DNA from: an uncultured Rhodospirillaceae bacterium
GTDB taxonomy: Bacteria; Pseudomonadota; Alphaproteobacteria; Rhodospirillales; UBA2165
NCBI GenBank assembly: GCA_964639965.1
Contig: CAZXGI010000004.1
Span: 3,888 to 67,887, forward strand
DNA: 64,000 nucleotides
Reading direction: 5' to 3'
This document shows positions 29,888 to 39,041 of this stretch, piece by piece. Both the position numbers and the translations under genes were made by a program. The notes beneath the pieces were generated by a model. It saw only the letters and a program-made list of their open reading frames with translations. It did not search any database and was not told where the DNA came from. The first letter of the stretch is position 1; each line of letters starts with the position of its first letter.

Positions 29888-30163
29888 ATGGAAAAAAATA
29901 CACCTGTATCAATAGATAAAGCTACGGTTATTCCTTTAAGTCAAATTATAATTCAAAACCATGATGTAGTTACATTTGCCAAGTTGATGGAAGTGATAAA
30001 TCAAATGGGTGAAGGAGGAATGGTCTTGATGGAATTTGATTTAAAACCAGATTTTCCCGATACGCCAAGAGATTGGCAAAATCAATTAGAACTGGCATTT
30101 ATGACCAAATCTAGCCCATTTAGCCGACCCCCTGAAATAATAGAAAGACCGGAAGATAAATGA
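29888..30163 (+). CDS. hypothetical protein (91 aa), no family recognised
   Basis: AAGGA Shine-Dalgarno; lies 25 nt after the dioxygenase gene; no Cys, no TM. Confidence 0.5.
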   Translation: MEKNTPVSIDKATVIPLSQIIIQNHDVVTFAKLMEVINQMGEGGMVLMEFDLKPDFPDTPRDWQNQLELAFMTKSSPFSRPPEIIERPEDK

Positions 30164-30375
30164 CCCTCGAAACATTAAAGGAACTAAGTAGGATTGAAGC
30201 GCCTTATGGCCGCGAGATTATAATACAAAGTGTTACTCACGAAAGCGGCATGGAAATGTTGAGAGTGAGAATTAAAGAAGGATCGCGTTTTACAATACTG
30301 GATATTGATCAAGAGACAGCCCAAAAATGGGGGAAAGTTTTTTTGAGTTGGATTGAAACAGCAAGAGACCATTGA
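30160..30375 (+). CDS. hypothetical protein (71 aa), no family recognised
   Basis: ATGA start/stop overlap with the preceding ORF (translational coupling); predicted beta-beta-beta-alpha pattern. Confidence 0.5.
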   Translation: MTLETLKELSRIEAPYGREIIIQSVTHESGMEMLRVRIKEGSRFTILDIDQETAQKWGKVFLSWIETARDH

Positions 30376-30384
30376 TTATTTTTT

Positions 30385-30606
30385 TTAACCTTTTCTAATA
30401 TGGAATCTAAATAAACTAACTTCCTCTTCAAGTTTTATTAGTTCATGGCCCTGCGAACTGCAAAAAAGCTTAAAGTCCTCAACTGAATTGGGATCCGTCA
30501 CCTCAACGAGCAACGTCTCACCTTCTTCAATGCGCATTATGGCTTTTTTTAGTTTTAATATTGGAATAGGACAAACCAAACCCTTAGTATCGAGTCTTTC
30601 TACCAT
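30385..30606 (-). CDS. tusA: TusA/SirA-family sulfurtransferase
   Basis: 73 aa; DTKGLVCPIPILK (CPxP active site). Confidence 0.85.
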   Translation of the reverse strand: MVERLDTKGLVCPIPILKLKKAIMRIEEGETLLVEVTDPNSVEDFKLFCSSQGHELIKLEEEVSLFRFHIRKG

Positions 30607-30874
30607 TGGATCAATAAATTTCCAATTATAGTTGTTGCATTAGCTGATCTAAGATCCAGATATCGGCGAACGGGCATATTCAATAGAAAATCGCGCAATA
30701 GAACTTCAATCGGCATTGTTAATTCGGGTACACTCAAATTTACGCTCAAAATATAGCCTTCCTGTCCAAGTTTTATAGATATTCACATTAGAACAGTTTA
30801 ATGGTTTTGTCATAGGATACGATTTGCCTGTATAGTAACTCATAGGTTTAATCAACAAGGTATGAAAAACTGTC

Positions 30875-31651
30875 ATGATTAGTGAGCTAAAGATTTTGCC
30901 ATTGGAATTAAACGATGTTTCGCTTGAGATCAATGGCATGCGTTACATTAAAGACTTTAACTTAAAACTTGAGGCCAACACTACCACAATTGTTCTAGGA
31001 CCAAATGGAGCGGGGAAAAGTCTTTTCCTTCGTTTGTGTCATGGCCTAATAAAACCGACGGTTGGGTCAGTACGCTGGCTTGGGCCAGAAGGTGAAAACC
31101 CAAAAAGTCATCAAAGCATGGTATTTCAGAAACCTATAATGTTTAAACAATCAGTGAAAAGCAATCTACATTTTGGGCTTAAATCCCGAAAAATAAAAAA
31201 AACTAAAAGAGATCCTATTGTCGAACAAATTTTAGAAATAACGGGGTTAAGTCGACTAGCCTCTACTCCCGCGCGCGCATTATCCATAGGTGAGCAACAG
31301 CGTTTAGCGATTGGGCGAGCATGGACGCTCAGACCCGAAGTTCTTTTTCTTGATGAACCTACCGCAAATTTAGATCCAGCCGCAACGCATGTTGTCGAAG
31401 AAATTATCGGCAAAATCAAAAAAGCAGGAACCACAATTATCATGTCTACACATGACCTTGGCCAAGCAAAAAGATTGGCCGATAATATCCTGTTCTTAAA
31501 TCGAGGCCGAATATTGGAAAATAGTCCCGCAGCACAATTTCTTGATAAACCTAAGAATGACCTCGCACAATCTTTTTTGAGAGGGGAGCTTCTTTGGTGG
31601 CATCGAAAGAAACTAAAGCCCCCTGCAAATAAAAAGAATTACATAAGTTAA
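30875..31651 (+). CDS. ABC transporter ATP-binding protein (PstB/TupC-like), orphan
   Basis: Walker A GPNGAGKS, Q-loop MVFQKP, atypical signature LSIGEQQRL, Walker B LFLDEP, H-loop STHD. No permease or binding-protein gene is adjacent. Confidence 0.85.
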   Translation: MISELKILPLELNDVSLEINGMRYIKDFNLKLEANTTTIVLGPNGAGKSLFLRLCHGLIKPTVGSVRWLGPEGENPKSHQSMVFQKPIMFKQSVKSNLHFGLKSRKIKKTKRDPIVEQILEITGLSRLASTPARALSIGEQQRLAIGRAWTLRPEVLFLDEPTANLDPAATHVVEEIIGKIKKAGTTIIMSTHDLGQAKRLADNILFLNRGRILENSPAAQFLDKPKNDLAQSFLRGELLWWHRKKLKPPANKKNYIS

Positions 31652-32292
31652 ATCAAAAACAAATATAAAGGTACAAAGGATAAAATTATAAAGAATATGA
31701 TTTTTTTAAATGGAAACATGTTCATGAAGTTAAATGGAAAAGAAGTTTTGATATGCGACTGGCTCCATCCCCGGGCGTATTATTTATGCACGTAAAAAAT
31801 CGTCAGTTACCTGAAAATGACCATTTGTCGATTCATCCAGTAAATTGGATCCAGATTTGAGCCAGAAATCCGTTATTTTTCGTTCATCCTTTTAATACGA
31901 TGAACTATTAAATCGTCAATTTCCAATATTTTTACCCGATACTAGTATATTGTATATGTAATCTGTATAATAAATTACTATAAACTGACCTAAAGAGTAT
32001 CAAATTCATTTGAAAAATACACGTCTATCCAGCCTAACCAACGGTATTATTAATTAACCAATTGTCATATTTCAAAAACCAAAGCCTGAGAATTTCGCTT
32101 GGCACTCTGTAACTATTTAAACAAGAATTTCCAAGTATATTGTATTCTTCCAATATAAAAAAGATTCAAATTCAAGATAACGTTGAAAAATTATTATTAG
32201 TCTTAATTTAATCAATACGTTTTAATAAAATTAAAACCACCAAAAGAAACTCTCTCATTGCAACTTATCCCAACTTTTGCGACATATGGTGT

Positions 32293-33885
32293 ATGAATAA
32301 ATCGTCTGACTTTGCTGAAAAAAATAATAATTCCAACAACCGTACCATAATGCTGTGTATTCTAGATGGATGGGGCGAACGCGATGGCGGAGACGATAAC
32401 GCTATCCACCAAGCTCATACCCCGAATTGGGACCGCATGATTGGGGAATATCCTTCCTCGCGACTAAAAGCTTCGGATTTAGATGTGGGATTACCTGACG
32501 GGCAAATGGGAAATTCTGAGGTTGGGCATATGAACCTTGGCGCCGGAAGGATCGTTATGCAGGATTTACCATTAATTGACCAAGCAATCCAAGACGCTGC
32601 GCTTCAAGAAATACCGGCGCTAGTCGAACTCATTATGAGACTTAAAGAGAGTAAAGGTGTCTGCCACTTAGTTGGACTAACTTCACCAGGCGGGGTTCAT
32701 TCCCACCAAAATCACCTAATCGCTCTGGGAGAAATTCTTAACAACAAAAGTATTCCGAGCAAACTTCACGCTTTTATGGACGGACGAGATACAACTCCAT
32801 TGGGTGGCAAGAAATTTATAACTGATATTATAAAGAAAACCTCTAAATTCCCAAATTTCTCAATCGCAACAATAACGGGACGTTATTGGGCAATGGACCG
32901 AGATAATAATTGGGATCGAACCGAACGGGCTTATAACGCAATTGCCGAAGCCGAAGGTTTGCATAGCGACGACCCCATAAATGCTATCCAAAATAGTTAT
33001 GACAACGGGAAGACAGACGAGTTTATGCTACCTATCATTATTGGTGACTACAAAGGTATAAACGATGGTGACGGGATCTTAATGTTCAATTTTAGATCAG
33101 ACCGAGCTCGTCAAATCATCTCATGTTTTGCCGACCCAGAATTTTGTAGCTTCAAAAAAGTACGTAATACTAATTTGATAGCGCAAGTAACCATGACAGA
33201 ATATTCCAGCCATATCAGCCAATATACAAGCGCTTTATTCCCACAGCGGGAATTAAAAAAAATCCTTGGAGAGGTGGTCTCTGAAGCTGGATTAAAACAA
33301 CTCCGTGCCGCAGAAACAGAAAAATATGCGCATGTGACTTTCTTTTTTAATGGCGGAAGAGAAAAAATCTTTCCAAAGGAAGAACGCATACTTGTTCCCT
33401 CGCCAAAAGTTGAAACTTATGACCAGCAACCTGAGATGTCTGCCCTTGAATTAACCAATAAAATTGTCAACGCAATTAAATCTGAAAAATTTGATCTAAT
33501 TATTGCAAATTTTGCCAATGGGGATATGGTCGGGCATACAGGAATATACGAGGCAGCGGTAAAAGCTGCAGAGACAATTGACGGTTGCCTAAAGAAACTT
33601 GAAGAAGCGCTAATTGAGATCGGCGGTAGCATGCTAATTACCGCTGATCATGGTAATTTGGAACAAATGAACGATCACCAAAATAATGGGCCCCACACTG
33701 CCCATACTCTATCGCCAGTCCCAGTAATTATCGTAAACCCACCAAAATTCGTAGAGAGTCTCCGCGAAGGTGTGCTTGCTGATGTTGCACCAACATTACT
33801 GCAATTATTAGAATTACGCCAACCTGAAGAAATGACAGGCACTTCTTTAATTATCGGAAAAAATTCCAAAAATGCGTTCGCATAA
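32293..33885 (+). CDS. gpmI: 2,3-bisphosphoglycerate-independent phosphoglycerate mutase
   Basis: 530 aa; ILDGWG, GNSEVGHMNLGAGR, ITADHGN. Confidence 0.95.
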   Translation: MNKSSDFAEKNNNSNNRTIMLCILDGWGERDGGDDNAIHQAHTPNWDRMIGEYPSSRLKASDLDVGLPDGQMGNSEVGHMNLGAGRIVMQDLPLIDQAIQDAALQEIPALVELIMRLKESKGVCHLVGLTSPGGVHSHQNHLIALGEILNNKSIPSKLHAFMDGRDTTPLGGKKFITDIIKKTSKFPNFSIATITGRYWAMDRDNNWDRTERAYNAIAEAEGLHSDDPINAIQNSYDNGKTDEFMLPIIIGDYKGINDGDGILMFNFRSDRARQIISCFADPEFCSFKKVRNTNLIAQVTMTEYSSHISQYTSALFPQRELKKILGEVVSEAGLKQLRAAETEKYAHVTFFFNGGREKIFPKEERILVPSPKVETYDQQPEMSALELTNKIVNAIKSEKFDLIIANFANGDMVGHTGIYEAAVKAAETIDGCLKKLEEALIEIGGSMLITADHGNLEQMNDHQNNGPHTAHTLSPVPVIIVNPPKFVESLREGVLADVAPTLLQLLELRQPEEMTGTSLIIGKNSKNAFA

Positions 33886-35134
33886 TTTAAAAAAAACAAT
33901 ACTCCTTTTCATACTCTTTGTCCTATACCCACCCCAATATATCTTTGCTCAGCAACAAAATGTTGGACTAGATAAAAAAATTAAGGAGGTAGAAAGAGCT
34001 ATTGAAGAAGGAAGAAAGCGTAGCCAAAATCTGAAAAAGCGTGCAGATAGTCTAAAAAATGATCTCTCTAAAGCAAAACATGGGCGCATCGCTATTGCAC
34101 ATTCCGTGCAAAAATTAGAAAGAAAGCTATCAAAATTAGAAACGGAAATCAGCGATTTAAATGGGGCAGAAAATGAAAAGCGTAATTTATTAGAATCTAG
34201 GCGAGGACAATTTACTAACATTTTAATGGCCCTACAACGTATTTCACGATTGCCACCAGAAGCGATAATCGCCTACCCAGCAGGCGTAAATGATCTAATT
34301 AGAACTGCGGTTCTTTTACGATCAGCCATCCCTAAAATTGAAACCCAAGCTGCCCAGCTCCGTGAGGACATCGTTGTTCTTGCTGCTACACGAGAATTGA
34401 TTGCTAATCGTAAATTACAGCTTGATAATACCGGTCATGAATTTCGGAAAAAGCGCATAACTCTTGATCAACTTATTCGCCGCAAGGCAAAACAACACCA
34501 ACACGCAATTAGGCAACGGCGAAAAGCAGCGTCCAAAATTAAATCGCTGAGCAGCAAAGCAAAAAACCTTCGTGATTTATTTGCAAATCTAGAGCAGGAA
34601 AAAAAACTTCAATCGCTAAAAAAATCGAAACGAAGTCAGTCTCAGAAACCTAACATTAAGGAAAATAAAAAACAAAGTTCTAGCTATAAGAATAATAAAG
34701 TTGCACTCCTTGGTAGCCCCTTTAATCTTAAGCCTTTCGCATTGTCACGCGGATCTCTCCGCTTTCCAGCCGTTGGACGGATCTCTGGACGTTACGGCGA
34801 GACAATACGACGAGGCTTTACCCGGAAAGGTGTAACGTTAGAAACCCGTGCATTGGCTCAAGTAATCGCCCCACATAATGGTAAGGTCGTTTTTGCTGGT
34901 AATTTTCGCGGATACGGGCAACTCTTGATTATTGATCATGGAGAAGGATATCATACACTATTAGCAGGTATGGTACGAATTGATGGAACTATGGGCCAAT
35001 ATGTTTTATCAGGAGAACCAGTTGGCGTGATGGGAACCCCAAAAGATGGTAAACCGTCACTATACATAGAACTAAGACGTAATAGCCAGCCAATTAACCC
35101 AATACCGTGGCTAGCTAAGAACAAAGATAGTTAA
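33872..35134 (+). CDS. EnvC-like murein hydrolase activator / M23 (LytM) peptidase domain protein
   Basis: 420 aa; signal peptide, long coiled-coil region, C-terminal LytM domain (LLIIDHGEGYHTLLAG). Confidence 0.85.
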   Translation: MRSHNLKKTILLFILFVLYPPQYIFAQQQNVGLDKKIKEVERAIEEGRKRSQNLKKRADSLKNDLSKAKHGRIAIAHSVQKLERKLSKLETEISDLNGAENEKRNLLESRRGQFTNILMALQRISRLPPEAIIAYPAGVNDLIRTAVLLRSAIPKIETQAAQLREDIVVLAATRELIANRKLQLDNTGHEFRKKRITLDQLIRRKAKQHQHAIRQRRKAASKIKSLSSKAKNLRDLFANLEQEKKLQSLKKSKRSQSQKPNIKENKKQSSSYKNNKVALLGSPFNLKPFALSRGSLRFPAVGRISGRYGETIRRGFTRKGVTLETRALAQVIAPHNGKVVFAGNFRGYGQLLIIDHGEGYHTLLAGMVRIDGTMGQYVLSGEPVGVMGTPKDGKPSLYIELRRNSQPINPIPWLAKNKDS

Positions 35135-35149
35135 AAGCGAGGTAGGCAT

Positions 35150-36472
35150 ATGAAAAAACAATTATTTGCAATACTAATTCTAGCCCTCTCAATACCGATT
35201 ATTAGTCACCCAACTTGTCTCCAAGCAGCTGAAAAAGTCAAAGTTAAATCAAATATTGAAACATATCGCTTACTAAATCTTTTTGGAGACGTTTTTGAAC
35301 GAGTTCGCACAAGCTACGTAACCGAAATTTCAGATGAAGATTTAATCGAGGCTGCAATTACAGGCATGCTAACCTCGCTGGATCCCCACTCAAGTTACCT
35401 TAACGCGAAAAACTTCAAGGATATGAAGGTACAAACCCGAGGTAAATTTGGGGGTCTGGGTATAGAAGTAACAATGGAAGGCGGATTAATCAAAGTAGTC
35501 TCACCGATCGATGATACACCCGCTTATCGTGCGGGTCTAAAGTCAGGCGATTTAATAACTCATTTAGATGGCAAAAGAGTGCAGGGATTAACCCTTTCAG
35601 AGGCTGTCGACAAAATGCGTGGAAAAGTTGGCGAAGATATTAAACTCACCATCCTGCGTATCGGCAAAAGGCCCTTCAATGTTACAGTAACACGTGGCAT
35701 CATTCCTATTCGAACGGTCAGATCCCGAATTGAAGCCAAAGACATCGGCTATATCCGCATCTCATCTTTTAGTCAACCTACCGAAAAAGGTCTCAACAAG
35801 GCCATGGCAAGCATCAAAAAGAAACTTGGCGAAAAGTTTAGTGGTCTAGTGCTGGACTTAAGAAATAATCCTGGTGGTCTTCTTGATCAAGCCATCGCGG
35901 TCTCTGATGCTTTTCTGGAGAGAGGTGAAATCGTCTCAACTCGCGCCCGGAAAGAAGAAATGCATAAACGATTTCATGCAAAGCCAGGTGATCTAGCTGG
36001 TGGCAAACCAATTGTTGTTTTGATCAACGGTGGATCTGCAAGCGCTTCCGAAATTGTAGCCGGAGCCTTGCAAGATCATAAACGTGCAATCGTTCTCGGA
36101 ACAAAATCTTTTGGGAAGGGGTCTGTACAAACAATCATCCCACTTCAAGAACATGGAGCGATGCGTTTAACCACGTCCCGGTATTACACGCCATCAGGCC
36201 GAAGCATCCAAGAAATTGGTGTAACCCCGGACATTATCGTTGAGCCAGCTAAATTTGAAGCTGCCAAAACTCGAAAGCAACCTCGAGAAGGCGATTTGCG
36301 TGGCGCCCTAAAGAATGATAATAAAAAGAATAATTTGGAAGAAAACCCCAACGATAAATTAGGAAATTCGAAGAAAAATTCTGTTAGAATTAATATAACA
36401 GACTTCCAATTACAGCGGGCATTAGACCTTCTTCGTGGCGTCTCAATGTTTTCTCAACGGATTGAAGGATAG
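35150..36472 (+). CDS. ctpA: carboxy-terminal processing protease (S41)
   Basis: 440 aa; signal peptide, PDZ region, GGSASASEI and SFGKGSVQ motifs. Confidence 0.92.
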   Translation: MKKQLFAILILALSIPIISHPTCLQAAEKVKVKSNIETYRLLNLFGDVFERVRTSYVTEISDEDLIEAAITGMLTSLDPHSSYLNAKNFKDMKVQTRGKFGGLGIEVTMEGGLIKVVSPIDDTPAYRAGLKSGDLITHLDGKRVQGLTLSEAVDKMRGKVGEDIKLTILRIGKRPFNVTVTRGIIPIRTVRSRIEAKDIGYIRISSFSQPTEKGLNKAMASIKKKLGEKFSGLVLDLRNNPGGLLDQAIAVSDAFLERGEIVSTRARKEEMHKRFHAKPGDLAGGKPIVVLINGGSASASEIVAGALQDHKRAIVLGTKSFGKGSVQTIIPLQEHGAMRLTTSRYYTPSGRSIQEIGVTPDIIVEPAKFEAAKTRKQPREGDLRGALKNDNKKNNLEENPNDKLGNSKKNSVRINITDFQLQRALDLLRGVSMFSQRIEG

Positions 36473-36515
36473 ACCCATCATAATAGACGAAAACTAGAAC
36501 TTTCAGGAGCCTTGT

Positions 36516-38213
36516 ATGTCAGACGAAGAAACAAAAGCTGAAGCTGATAATATGGTTGACGATAACCAGCCTGATGAAAAAACTGGAGAATCAACAGAAA
36601 GTTCCTCAGACATCAAAGATGATGAGAACCAAAGCAATGCAGATGAAAGTGCCGAGAAAACTGAAGAGTCCGCAGAAAGTCAATCCGACTTTATAGTTGA
36701 TCCAAACCAAAAAAAACCAGATGAAAGCGAAGAACCAAATGTTAACAATATCTCATTAGATCCGGAACCCGAGACTGATACAATACATCAAGAAGATACT
36801 GAAGATCTGAAACTAAATGATATTGATTTACCTGACGGTGGATTTGATGAAGAAGATGAAACATCTAGTGGAAAGAAAAAGTGGATATTCATCGGTTCTG
36901 GTATCTTGCTCGTAGCGGTTTTTGGTGGCGCTGGAATATTTTATCTTAACGATTCAAATCTAATAAGCCAGAATAGCAAATCCAAGGAAGTCGCCCTGAG
37001 TTTAAAAATTCCCCGCAAATCAAAGCTGAAAAAGGGTCGAAAGAAGATGATTTCGTCTTCGAAGAAGCTACTCCAAGAAAGTTCGCCCATTTTGAATCGG
37101 AAGAGTTCCAATACCCTAAAATCATCAAGTAAATTAGAATCGATCAAAACATCAGATCCGGCTATAAACACAAAAAAGCCAAAGACCCTTAGTACGAAAA
37201 AAAAACCTCCTGAGCCTAAAAATTTACCAGATAAAAAAACTAAAATTCAGGAAAAAAAATCTAACCAATCTATTTCAGGTGCTAAAATACTCGCTGATGG
37301 TAGCCTCGTGATACCCTCTGTAACGGCAGCCGCCTTCAAGGGGATCCCAATGATGAAGAATCCTCTCCCCTTATCGGATCCCGATAAATCCTTAGGCGAA
37401 TCTGTGGGTGGAGGAGTAATACCAAGAATATCGACTGATGGCCGGAGACCATGGAAATTCTACGGGAAAACTTTTAATAAACAAACGACCTTGCCACGTA
37501 TCAGCATTATCATTAAAGATTTAGGTCTAAGTAAGGCAGCGACGACAGCCGCAATTAACCACACCCCATCCGAAGTTACATTAGCATTTAATCCTTATGC
37601 AAAAGGCGTCGCTAACTGGGTAAGTCTTGCCAGAGCAGTGGGTCATGAAACGTTGATCAAACTGCCTATGGAACCCATGGATTTCCCAATATCAGACCCG
37701 GGGCCATTTGCCCTCCAAGTAAGCTTGCAAGAAACAGAAAACATTGATCGACTGCGGTACATTCTATCAGTGTCGATGGGTAATGTCGGATTAATGCAAA
37801 TGATGGGAACACGTTTTGTTACGTCACGTAAAGCATTAGAACCTATACTTAAAGAAATACATTCCCGAGGGCTTTTGATGATCGATAATGGTTTGGCTAA
37901 AAAAAGTCAGATTATCAAAATTGCATCTGCGATTGGGTTGCCACGCGCGCGCAGTAATGTTTTTATTGATCAGAATGCTTCCCGTTCGAATATTAAGCGT
38001 AAACTTTCCGTATTGGAATCAATTGCAAAGAAAAATAGATCCGCTGTTGGTATCGCGCAACCACTTCCAAATTCGATTTCGCTGATTATGAGTTGGTCCA
38101 AAACTTTAGCTGAGAAAAAGTTGATCCTTGCGCCTATCTCTGCAATCGTAAAAGTTTCTGGTAACCTAAAGCAGCAAGCCAAGGATCAGGTCTCGAGTGA
38201 AACCAAAAAATAG
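36516..38213 (+). CDS. divergent polysaccharide deacetylase (YibQ-like) with long disordered N-terminal region
   Basis: 565 aa; acidic then Lys/Ser-rich low-complexity region of about 330 aa with one TM (WIFIGSGILLVAVFGGAGIFYL). The C-terminal roughly 230 aa are YibQ-like. Position between ctpA and rppH matches the usual synteny. Confidence 0.7.
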   Translation: MSDEETKAEADNMVDDNQPDEKTGESTESSSDIKDDENQSNADESAEKTEESAESQSDFIVDPNQKKPDESEEPNVNNISLDPEPETDTIHQEDTEDLKLNDIDLPDGGFDEEDETSSGKKKWIFIGSGILLVAVFGGAGIFYLNDSNLISQNSKSKEVALSLKIPRKSKLKKGRKKMISSSKKLLQESSPILNRKSSNTLKSSSKLESIKTSDPAINTKKPKTLSTKKKPPEPKNLPDKKTKIQEKKSNQSISGAKILADGSLVIPSVTAAAFKGIPMMKNPLPLSDPDKSLGESVGGGVIPRISTDGRRPWKFYGKTFNKQTTLPRISIIIKDLGLSKAATTAAINHTPSEVTLAFNPYAKGVANWVSLARAVGHETLIKLPMEPMDFPISDPGPFALQVSLQETENIDRLRYILSVSMGNVGLMQMMGTRFVTSRKALEPILKEIHSRGLLMIDNGLAKKSQIIKIASAIGLPRARSNVFIDQNASRSNIKRKLSVLESIAKKNRSAVGIAQPLPNSISLIMSWSKTLAEKKLILAPISAIVKVSGNLKQQAKDQVSSETKK

Positions 38214-38215
38214 TT

Positions 38216-38701
38216 GTGGCAACCAAATCAAATCTCCCTTATCGACCCTGTGCTGGAATTATGCTTTTTAATAAACAGGGACAAGTACTAGTTGGACAAC
38301 GACTTGATACATATCAAACCGCTTGGCAACTTCCACAAGGAGGCATCGAAAAGGGCGAAGAACCTATTGCAGCAGCCTTTCGCGAACTTAGGGAAGAGAT
38401 CGGCACCGACAATGCTGAATTAATTGGAGAAATAAAAAACTGGCTTAATTACGATTTACCTCCTGAGCTTATGGGCAAACTATGGGGTGGGCGCTTTCGA
38501 GGACAAACACAAAAATGGTTTGCTCTTCGTTTTTTGGGCACCGATATTGAAATTGACCCGAAAATTGTCGCCAATCCAGAATTTACTGCTTGGAAATGGG
38601 TTAACATTGCGGAAATACAAAAATTGGCTGTACCTTTTAAACGGTCTGTCTACAAAAATGTAGTAAACGAATTTACGCGATTCGCCAAAGCCCCCAAATA
38701 A
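38216..38701 (+). CDS. rppH: RNA pyrophosphohydrolase (Nudix)
   Basis: 161 aa with GTG start; Nudix box GGIEKGEEPIAAAFRELREEIG. Confidence 0.9.
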   Translation: MATKSNLPYRPCAGIMLFNKQGQVLVGQRLDTYQTAWQLPQGGIEKGEEPIAAAFRELREEIGTDNAELIGEIKNWLNYDLPPELMGKLWGGRFRGQTQKWFALRFLGTDIEIDPKIVANPEFTAWKWVNIAEIQKLAVPFKRSVYKNVVNEFTRFAKAPK

Positions 38702-39041
38702 ATATAAAATAAGTAAACAAATTTATAACTGTCCGTATAAAGAAGACCAAACCATCGTCTCTTTACAATTAATTGAAAGCGCCTAATATTGCCGGTCTTT
38801 AGGGGTTTTTTTATGGATTCTTAGTTTGCTCATTGTAATTTCCTATAATATGATAAAAATCCATGTTCTAGTGCAAAATAATTGTATATTGTTCGTTTCA
38901 ATGTAACCGTTACGCGTGAGTAAATTTAAATAAATTTTCATGAAAAAAATCTAATTATATCCAGTGGTGATTAATTTAAACAGTTAACGCGGCCAATATG
39001 TCGCTGCACTTTTTGTAAAAAATTTTAGGAGAGAAACAAGT

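Noticed and set aside
30706-30939. 77-aa minus-strand ORF in the tusA / ABC-ATPase spacer
   Set aside because: It overlaps the start of the ABC ATPase gene, has no Shine-Dalgarno, and its sequence looks non-protein-like.
31745-31785. GACUGGC and CCGGGCG strings reminiscent of ZTP (pfl) riboswitch fragments, and a CUGAGA string near 32090 reminiscent of TPP riboswitches
   Set aside because: These are isolated short matches without the rest of either consensus or compatible helices. The nearest downstream gene (gpmI) is not a known target.
38782-38812. CCTAA-N12-TTAGG hairpin followed by a T7 run downstream of rppH
   Set aside because: The stem is only 5 bp with a 12-nt loop, which is too weak to report as a terminator feature with confidence.
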